Of a stretch of 32,000 nt of DNA, positions 19,246-26,064 are shown piece by piece; position 1 is the first letter of the stretch; every line of letters starts with the position of its first letter. The stretch covers positions 1,680,001 to 1,712,000 of the forward strand of contig OY781039.1 of NCBI GenBank assembly GCA_963676105.1. The letters run 5' to 3'. The notes beneath the pieces are model-generated. The model was not told where the DNA came from, did no database searches, and saw nothing but the letters and a program-made list of their open reading frames with translations. The position numbers and the translations under genes were made by a program. This DNA is from Erysipelotrichaceae bacterium (GTDB taxonomy: Bacteria; Bacillota_I; Bacilli_A; Erysipelotrichales; Erysipelotrichaceae).

Positions 19246-19893
19246 ATGAAAGAAATCAAAAAAATTCAAAGATTATTAATTACAAGCATATTAAGTTTAA
19301 TTTTACTTGGCGCATGTAGTAGTCAAACCACGACACCTGCAACAAGTAATGTGGATTCAACGATAGATACGGATGGTGATGGTATGCCTGATTCAGTTGA
19401 GTCAACCTATGGAACAAATATCCATACCGTAGATACAGATGGTGATGGTATCAATGATAAAGAAGATAGTAATCCAGTCTATACTGATAATCTAATTATC
19501 GAATCAAGTACAACAGCATTACCGGTTAAAGTTGATGATGTTAGAGTAGAAGACAATACGGGAGCAGATCATTTAGAAATGACCCTAACTAATACATCAA
19601 ATCAAGACTTATCAAATTTTGATATCTACTACACTATTACCGATAAAGTTGATTCAACTCAAGAAGCTTATTATCAAGTTCTTACTGGCTTAAGTATTGG
19701 TGCAAACCAAACAGTAACATTACATTTCGACAATGATGTTTTAAAATCAAATCATTTTTATCAAAATATGAATGGATTATATGGAACGTCGGCAAATGGA
19801 TTAACATTTGATATAAATCTACATTCGAAAAATTATCAAAGTCTAAACTTTTCTGTCGACAAAGCTGATGGAACTGCTGAAGTTGCAGATTAA
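19246..19893 (+). CDS. Lipoprotein with two thrombospondin-type-3-like Ca-binding repeats and a beta-sandwich-like C-terminal domain
   Basis: The product has the lipobox LLGA|C, two DTDGDG..D motifs, and then about 130 aa with a CARDB-like alternating pattern. An AAGGAG RBS lies upstream. Confidence 0.7.
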   Translation: MKEIKKIQRLLITSILSLILLGACSSQTTTPATSNVDSTIDTDGDGMPDSVESTYGTNIHTVDTDGDGINDKEDSNPVYTDNLIIESSTTALPVKVDDVRVEDNTGADHLEMTLTNTSNQDLSNFDIYYTITDKVDSTQEAYYQVLTGLSIGANQTVTLHFDNDVLKSNHFYQNMNGLYGTSANGLTFDINLHSKNYQSLNFSVDKADGTAEVAD

Positions 19894-19931
19894 AGGTATA
19901 CAATAAATATAAGTAATGTAAGGAGGCCACT

Positions 19932-20618
19932 TTGAAAAAATATGAAATACTCATTGTTGAGGATGATAAAGCTATCACTCGACTTTTAGAACTTGAATTT
20001 AACTATGAAGGTTATTCGTTTGATGTTGCATATGATGGACGAAGTGGCTTCAATAAGTTTCTTGAAAATGAATACCAGCTCATTATTTTAGACTTAATGT
20101 TGCCCGAACTTAGTGGCTTAGATGTTTGCCGAAAAATTCGTAAAACTTCAAGTGTACCTGTAATTATGTTAACAGCACGACGCGATTTAACAGATAAAAT
20201 AATGGGATTGGACATTGGTGCTGATGATTATGTGACTAAACCATTTGAAATGGAAGAACTCTTAGCACGTATTCGTGCTGCATTAAGACGATCAAACTTG
20301 CAATCTACCCAAGAACATCGTTTAGTTGTAGATCAACTAAGTTTAGATACTCTAACACGCGAGGTCTTTGTAAATGATGTAGCTATCGAATTAACGAAGA
20401 CGGAATACAACTTACTAGAATATCTATTGTTAAATAAAGGACTTGTATTAACCCGCGAGCAAATTCTTGAACATGTTTGGGCTTACGACTTTGAAGGAGA
20501 TAGTAATGTTTTAGATGTTTATATTAGATATCTTAGAAATAAAATCGATTATCCATTTAAACTTGATTTAATTCATACAGTTAGAGGAGTTGGATATAGT
20601 ATCAAGGAGCCTAAATGA
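19932..20618 (+). CDS. OmpR/PhoB-family response regulator
   Basis: The product has a receiver domain (ILIVEDD, phospho-acceptor region ILDLMLP, KP) and a winged-helix domain (LTKTEYNLLEYL...RGVGY). The start is TTG, 5 nt after AAGGAGG. No in-frame ATG alternative exists. Confidence 0.9.
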   Translation: MKKYEILIVEDDKAITRLLELEFNYEGYSFDVAYDGRSGFNKFLENEYQLIILDLMLPELSGLDVCRKIRKTSSVPVIMLTARRDLTDKIMGLDIGADDYVTKPFEMEELLARIRAALRRSNLQSTQEHRLVVDQLSLDTLTREVFVNDVAIELTKTEYNLLEYLLLNKGLVLTREQILEHVWAYDFEGDSNVLDVYIRYLRNKIDYPFKLDLIHTVRGVGYSIKEPK

Positions 20619-21979
20619 AAAAAAGAATTTCAAAAATATCACAAAGATTGACGATAACTTTTGGATCACTCTTTTTCATTGCTTTGCTTTTAGTAAATAT
20701 CGCAACCCTTTTTAGTGTGAAATACTATATAAATCAAACTGCTGAGCAACAGCTTGTTCTATTAGTTGAAACAATTCAATCAGAAATTAAAAATATTGAT
20801 GATATTAACACGATTGATATTCGTCAATACTCGCAAATCGCAGAAAATGTAGATATTAATTTAGTTGTCAATAAAACATCAATCTTTAACTCAGGAGAAA
20901 CTGATTCATTTAATTTTATAGACGTAACTATTTTAGACCAAGTTATCAGTACTGAAAAAAACGAAGGTCGTATTTTGTATTTAAATAGTGATTATAAGTT
21001 AACAGATGGGACAAATTTAACCATTCAACTTGTAAAAGATATGGATAACAGTGATCAGTATATTGATGTGATTTCAGGTGTTATTCTAGGCTTAGATTTA
21101 GCTGTTTTTGCGATTGCGATTTTAGCTGGTTATTATTTAAGTCGCAAGGCTTTAAAACCAATTAATCAAATGACAGAACAAGCTCAGAAAATTAGCGCAA
21201 CGGATTTATCTTCTCGTATACAATCTGATGGGCCAGATGATGAACTTAAACGATTAGCTAACACTTTTAATGATTTAATCAAACGAATCGAAGAAGTCTA
21301 TAAAAAACAAAATCGATTTACTATTGATGCTTCACATGAACTTGCAACTCCCATAGCGGTTATAAAAGGTTATGTCGATCTATTGGATCGTTGGGGAAAA
21401 AAGAAACCCGAAGTTCTTGACGAAAGCATTCAAGCAATAAAAGTTGAAATCGACAATATTTCTCAGTTATTGGATACACTTCTCTTTTTATCTAAAGGGG
21501 ATAATAGTGTTTATCAACTAAATACTAAAACATTTTTTATAAGTGATTTAATAAATGAGATTACTAAGGAATCAAAACTAATCTCTGATAATCATTTAAT
21601 CGAATCAGATAATCGCGAGATTATTGAAATAGAAGCTGATTATAATCTTATTAAACAAATGTTAAGAGCTATTATTAACAATAGTATTAAATATTCAAAA
21701 GAAAATACAAAAATAAAAATAAACTATTATGTAAATCAAGACAATTTATATTTAGAGATTGCTGATCAAGGTGTTGGTATCGCAAAAAAAGAAATACCTT
21801 ATATCTTTGATCGTTTCTATCGTATTGATAAGGCAAGATCACGAGAAAATGGTGGAACAGGATTAGGTCTTTCACTCGTTAAATGGATTGTGGATATACA
21901 TCATGGTTCTATAAATGTTGAAAGTGTAGTAGATCAAGGAACAACGATGATTGTATGTCTACCGCTAAAAATTAATTAA
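20615..21979 (+). CDS. Sensor histidine kinase (two TM segments, ~120-aa extracytoplasmic loop, HAMP, HisKA, HATPase_c)
   Basis: The product has H-box SHELATPIAVIKGY, an N-box, a G-box (DQGVGI) and GGTGLGLS. An ATGA overlap links it to the response-regulator gene. Confidence 0.9.
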   Translation: MKKRISKISQRLTITFGSLFFIALLLVNIATLFSVKYYINQTAEQQLVLLVETIQSEIKNIDDINTIDIRQYSQIAENVDINLVVNKTSIFNSGETDSFNFIDVTILDQVISTEKNEGRILYLNSDYKLTDGTNLTIQLVKDMDNSDQYIDVISGVILGLDLAVFAIAILAGYYLSRKALKPINQMTEQAQKISATDLSSRIQSDGPDDELKRLANTFNDLIKRIEEVYKKQNRFTIDASHELATPIAVIKGYVDLLDRWGKKKPEVLDESIQAIKVEIDNISQLLDTLLFLSKGDNSVYQLNTKTFFISDLINEITKESKLISDNHLIESDNREIIEIEADYNLIKQMLRAIINNSIKYSKENTKIKINYYVNQDNLYLEIADQGVGIAKKEIPYIFDRFYRIDKARSRENGGTGLGLSLVKWIVDIHHGSINVESVVDQGTTMIVCLPLKIN

Positions 21980-22135
21980 AAGTCTCATGTAATTCTTAGT
22001 TTCATCTCAATTAAATTTAATGTTTAAGCTTCATACTATGGTCATAGGAGGAAAACATTATGTAAAACGAGATCCATCTATTAAACAAATTATCTAAACA
22101 AATGAAACTAAAAAAATTACAGGAGAAATAAAAAA

Positions 22136-22558
22136 ATGAAATTAGCAAGTTTATCATTAATCAGTTTATTAACAGCAGGAGCTGGAACAGGTGTATTAGC
22201 AACCACTACTACAAGTACTCCAGCAACATCAAACGAAAGTGAATCCGTCGAAGTAGCGATTGATCCTTCACTCGCAACAGTCACAGAAGCAGCTGCAAAA
22301 GAAGTTGCCCTAGAAAGTGCTTCAGGATCAAGCTTTGTATCAATTACTCTAGAAGATGAAAATGGCACAATCGTTTATGGTGTCGAACTTCAATCAGGTT
22401 CAAGTCTACTAGATGTTAAAGTTGATGCGAAAACCGGAACCATCTTATCCACAGATAATGGCGATGATACTGAAAACGACTCACTTGAAGCAAATGATTC
22501 GGGTGTCGATAATGACAATGTTGAATTTGAATCCGAATCAGAAACAGATGCTGATTAA
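22136..22558 (+). CDS. Secreted PepSY-domain protein with an acidic C-terminal tail
   Basis: The product has a signal peptide and a PepSY-like core (TEAAAKEVALE...GTIVYGVEL...DVKVDAKTGTILS), followed by a D/E/N/S-rich tail. An AGGAG RBS lies upstream. Confidence 0.75.
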   Translation: MKLASLSLISLLTAGAGTGVLATTTTSTPATSNESESVEVAIDPSLATVTEAAAKEVALESASGSSFVSITLEDENGTIVYGVELQSGSSLLDVKVDAKTGTILSTDNGDDTENDSLEANDSGVDNDNVEFESESETDAD

Positions 22559-22572
22559 TTAAAAAATATAAT

Positions 22573-22598
22573 AGGACATAGCTGATTGGCTATGTCCT
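22573..22598. terminator. Bidirectional intrinsic terminator between the PepSY gene and degV
   Basis: AGGACATAGC / GCTATGTCCT forms a 10-bp stem with a 6-nt loop, followed by ATTTTTA and preceded by an A-run. Confidence 0.75.
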
Positions 22599-22602
22599 AT
22601 TT

Positions 22603-23424
22603 TTAATCTTCATCCTTAATAATATACTGTACTGAAACACAGCCTGGACCACCTTGAGTAATCATAACTGGACTAAGCAATAATGTTTGAATTTCAATTC
22701 CTTCAATCTTTTCTTTAATGGCATCTACAAATTGAGAAGCAATAGAAGGATTATCAGCATGTGAGATATAAACTTTAAATTTTTCACTTACATTATTTTT
22801 CTTCATATCTTCGATAATGGAATCGATCGCTTGCTTCCAAGAACGCGCTACTCCAAATTTTTCTAACTTTTCCATACCTGGCTCATGGAAGACAATAGGT
22901 TTAATTTTAAGTAGTCCACTCATAAGTGCAGCTAATGGAGATAAACGTCCATTTCTTTTTAAGAAATCAAAGTCAACAGGAATAAGATAAGATTTACAAT
23001 CTTCTAATGCCTTATCTAATCTTGCCTTTAATTCACTATGATCTAGCTTATCAGATAAACGTGCAGCTAGTTCCACTACATATTGTTGTGTACCTGCTAA
23101 TGTCTTTGAATTAAAAATTGTCATATTAGGATAATCATCTTGTAAACCTGCAGCACTGACATATGTACTACTTAAACCTGAAGTCATCGCAATATAGAAT
23201 CCATCTTTATTCTTATTAAAGGTTTCCATAACCTCACCAATGGCTGGTTGAGATGATTGTGGAATACCACCTGCAATTTCTTCAATATATTTCTTTGAAT
23301 CTATTTCAAAGTAGTCTCTGTAATTTTTACCGTTGATTTCTACTTGTAAAGGAATTAAATCAACATTTAATTCTTCAGCTTTTTCACGTGAAAGCATTGA
23401 ACCTGTATCTGTAATTATTTTCAT
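22603..23424 (-). CDS. DegV-family fatty-acid-binding protein
   Basis: The 273 aa product starts with a typical DegV N-terminus (KIITDTGS...) and has a family-wide pattern including SSQP and SGLSSTY. Confidence 0.85.
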   Translation of the reverse strand: MKIITDTGSMLSREKAEELNVDLIPLQVEINGKNYRDYFEIDSKKYIEEIAGGIPQSSQPAIGEVMETFNKNKDGFYIAMTSGLSSTYVSAAGLQDDYPNMTIFNSKTLAGTQQYVVELAARLSDKLDHSELKARLDKALEDCKSYLIPVDFDFLKRNGRLSPLAALMSGLLKIKPIVFHEPGMEKLEKFGVARSWKQAIDSIIEDMKKNNVSEKFKVYISHADNPSIASQFVDAIKEKIEGIEIQTLLLSPVMITQGGPGCVSVQYIIKDED

Positions 23425-23521
23425 TTATTTATACCTCGTGTACACCTATTATATACAAATTTATTAATTAATTGTGAATATTATGAATGCGTTTACTTAA
23501 TCAAAGGCGTATTATACATTT

Positions 23522-24106
23522 ATGGAAAATATAAAAGTAACAGCGCTCATCAATCATTATCCACAATGGTCAGAAGAATTAAAACAATTACGAGAATATA
23601 TACAAACATTTGAGTTTGAAGAAGAAGTTAAGTGGAAACAACCTTGTTATTGCATTAAGGGCAAGAATGTTGTCCTTCTTCATGGTTTCAAAGAATACTT
23701 CGCAATTCTCTTCATGAAAGGGTCGTTAATCACAGATAAGTACAACCTACTAATCCAACAAACAGAAAACGTCCAAGCAGGACGTCAGTTAAGATTTACA
23801 TCGCTTCAAGAAGTCAAAGATAAAAAAGATGAAATCCTTTATTACATTCAGGAAGCAATCAAAGTAGAAGAAGCTGGTCTACAAGTTGAGATGAAACCGA
23901 CTAAGCAATATGACATGGTCGATGAACTTCAAGAAGTATTAGACAAGGACGAAGTCTATAAAGAAGCCTTCTATAAACTCACACCTGGAAGACAAAGAGC
24001 TTACCTCATGTATTTCTCAGATGCAAAAGCTTCAGCAACTAAATTTTCACGTATAGAAAAAATGAGAGATAAGATCTTTGATGGCAAAGGACCTAACGAA
24101 AGATAG
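23522..24106 (+). CDS. DUF1801 / YdeI (OmpD-associated)-family protein
   Basis: The 194 aa product has an N-terminal YdhG-like domain. Its C-terminal LTPGRQRAYLMYFSDAKASATKFSRIEK resembles the YdeI family tail. No SD lies upstream. Confidence 0.6.
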   Translation: MENIKVTALINHYPQWSEELKQLREYIQTFEFEEEVKWKQPCYCIKGKNVVLLHGFKEYFAILFMKGSLITDKYNLLIQQTENVQAGRQLRFTSLQEVKDKKDEILYYIQEAIKVEEAGLQVEMKPTKQYDMVDELQEVLDKDEVYKEAFYKLTPGRQRAYLMYFSDAKASATKFSRIEKMRDKIFDGKGPNER

Positions 24107-24114
24107 ACAAAAAG

Positions 24115-24142
24115 AAAACCACATCCAAGCGAATGTGGTTTT
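24115..24142. terminator. Bidirectional intrinsic terminator between the ydeI-like gene and the pilin gene
   Basis: AAAACCACAT / ATGTGGTTTT forms a 10-bp stem with an 8-nt loop. A- and T-runs are built into both sides. Confidence 0.75.
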
Positions 24143-24163
24143 GATTTGAAAGGAAATTATAAA

Positions 24164-24475
24164 TTAACTACCGAATGTATCATCAGTATAGGTATTATCG
24201 CCTATCTTACATGAGAATGCAGTAATATCAGTTAATGCTGTTCCTGAATTCACTGTGCATGTAGAAGGATAAGTCCAACTACCGTCAGTTGCAATTTCTA
24301 GAGCTGCTTCTGTATACAATGAACGAGCATTTGCTTCATCACGTGCATCTTCAGCAGATCCAATATAATTCATAACACTTGGAATCAAAATACCAGCCAA
24401 GATAGCTAAGATAGCGATAACAACGATTAATTCAATAAGCGTAAATCCTTTTTTATTCTTTAATAGTTTTTTCAT
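24164..24475 (-). CDS. Type IV pilin, short (mature ~93 aa), distal paralog
   Basis: The class III signal is MKKLLKNKKG|FTLIELIVVIAIL, with Glu at +5. The C-terminal region holds two Cys residues (CTVNSGTALTDITAFSC). A GGGAGAAG RBS lies upstream. Confidence 0.85.
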   Translation of the reverse strand: MKKLLKNKKGFTLIELIVVIAILAILAGILIPSVMNYIGSAEDARDEANARSLYTEAALEIATDGSWTYPSTCTVNSGTALTDITAFSCKIGDNTYTDDTFGS

Positions 24476-24500
24476 AAGTCTTCTCCCTATTTATAAGTAA

Positions 24501-24529
24501 ATTTTCTACCATTAAATATCGTATGTCAA
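24501..24529 (-). promoter_or_regulatory. Candidate internal promoter for the distal pilin gene
   Basis: On the minus strand, a perfect TTGACA (24524-24529) is followed by a 17-nt spacer and GAAAAT (24501-24506). The -10 lies about 25 nt upstream of the pilin start. Confidence 0.4.
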
Positions 24530-24642
24530 TGAATTAATGGATTTGAAATGAAAAAGTATACTTTAGTACCATAAAATATGTAAATGTAGTCATTCTCATT
24601 AATTAAAAATCAGTATATAAATGTAATCTAAGAAGTAATTGA

Positions 24643-24969
24643 CTATTCTCCAACAAAATTATTGGCAACTGAATAAGTAATTCCTGAATCCCACGTACAT
24701 TCAAATGATGAAATACCACTATCTGCACTACAATGAGAATCTAATACATAAGCGTCATTATTGGTCGCATCAGCGAGTGCGTACTCAGTATAAATAGCTC
24801 GTGAATTTGCCATATCTCTAGCGTTTTTTGCGGCATCAATATAACCTGTGACACTTGGAATAAGAATACTTGAAAGTATTGATAATATTGCGATAACGAC
24901 GATTAATTCGATAAGGGTAAATCCCTTTTTATTTTTTAATATTCTTTTTAAGTTAGTCATTAGGTACAT
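24643..24969 (-). CDS. Type IV pilin, short (mature ~92 aa), proximal paralog
   Basis: The class III signal is ...LKNKKG|FTLIELIVVIAIL. The C-terminal region holds two Cys residues (CSADSGISSFEC). The start is ambiguous (ATG 24969 or 24960). Confidence 0.85.
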   Translation of the reverse strand: MYLMTNLKRILKNKKGFTLIELIVVIAILSILSSILIPSVTGYIDAAKNARDMANSRAIYTEYALADATNNDAYVLDSHCSADSGISSFECTWDSGITYSVANNFVGE

Positions 24970-24999
24970 TATAGCCTAATGTACTCTATATTAGTAAAC

Positions 25000-26058
25000 T
25001 TAAATGCCTACTAATCGTTGCATTAATGCTGGATCTGAAGCAGCGCCTAACGCAGTATCTTTGTCGATTTTTTGACTTCTAATTAGATTTGCAAGACTTG
25101 CTTCTAATGTGGTCATACCTAATTTCTGACCAGTTTGAATAACAGAGTTAATTTGAACAATCTTATTTTCGCGAATCATATTACCGACTGCGTCTGTATT
25201 AAGTAATATTTCATGAGCAGCTACACGGCCACTACGATCTGCAGTAGGTAGTAAGGTTTGGGATATAACAGCTTTGAGACCAGTTGATAATTGAGATCGA
25301 ACTTGGTTTTGTTGGTGAGGTTCAAATGAATCAATAATACGATTAATGGTTGAGGAAGCTGAAGTGGTATGTAATGTCCCAAAAACTAAATGTCCTGTTT
25401 CAGCAGCTGTTAATGCGAGTGATATACTTTCGTGATCACGCATTTCACCAACCAAGATAACGTCTGGATCTTCACGAAGAGCAGATCTTAAGCCGTCTTT
25501 GAAACTATTTACATCTCTTAAGATTTCACGTTGATTAACTAAACACTTTTTACTTTGATGAATATATTCGATAGGATCTTCTAATGTTAAGATATGTGCT
25601 TTTTCATTTTCATTGATATAGTCGATCATGGCAGCCAAAGTGGTTGATTTACCAGAACCAGTTGGTCCAGTAACTAAGATGATACCTTTATTTGATAGAG
25701 CTAATTTTTTCAGTACTTCTGGCAATTGTAGTTCATCAATACTTGGTATGTGATTATTAAGTAATCTTATGGCAATGGCTGATACTTGTTGTTGTCTAAA
25801 GATGTTTAAACGATAACGATTTCCATCTTTGTCACTGTAAGCTGTGTCAATATCATAACCATTCTGATAATGTTCAAACTGATCTTCTGAAGTCATGATC
25901 TGGATCATTTTGTTGATATCATCTTCAGTGACAACATTGAACTCACTTGGATTTAAATCACCAATTTGGCGCATATAAGGAACTTTATTGGCAATTAAAT
26001 GAATATCGGATACTTTGTTTTCTTGAGCATACTTAAGTATTTCTTCTAACATAGACAT
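25000..26058 (-). CDS. pilT: Type IV pilus retraction ATPase PilT
   Basis: The 352 aa product has Walker A GPTGSGKST, Asp/His boxes and the PilT-specific AHEILL region. Confidence 0.9.
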   Translation of the reverse strand: MSMLEEILKYAQENKVSDIHLIANKVPYMRQIGDLNPSEFNVVTEDDINKMIQIMTSEDQFEHYQNGYDIDTAYSDKDGNRYRLNIFRQQQVSAIAIRLLNNHIPSIDELQLPEVLKKLALSNKGIILVTGPTGSGKSTTLAAMIDYINENEKAHILTLEDPIEYIHQSKKCLVNQREILRDVNSFKDGLRSALREDPDVILVGEMRDHESISLALTAAETGHLVFGTLHTTSASSTINRIIDSFEPHQQNQVRSQLSTGLKAVISQTLLPTADRSGRVAAHEILLNTDAVGNMIRENKIVQINSVIQTGQKLGMTTLEASLANLIRSQKIDKDTALGAASDPALMQRLVGI

Positions 26059-26064
26059 CCTCCT

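Noticed and set aside
16257-21875. Antisense track ORFs 16257..16442, 18614..18904, 19682..19978, 20012..20215 and 21687..21875
   Set aside because: Each lies opposite a well-supported ABC, permease, lipoprotein, response-regulator or kinase gene. No independent signals support them.
22103-22132. A 9-codon ORF (MKLKKLQEK) just upstream of the PepSY start as a regulatory uORF
   Set aside because: It has no SD. It is probably a chance ORF in an A-rich spacer and is weaker than the SD-bearing start-stop element at 22046-22065.
22117-22368. An 83-aa minus-strand ORF opposite the PepSY gene
   Set aside because: The plus-strand frame has an RBS, a signal peptide and a PepSY core. The minus-strand product is an Ala/Val/Ser-rich mirror translation.
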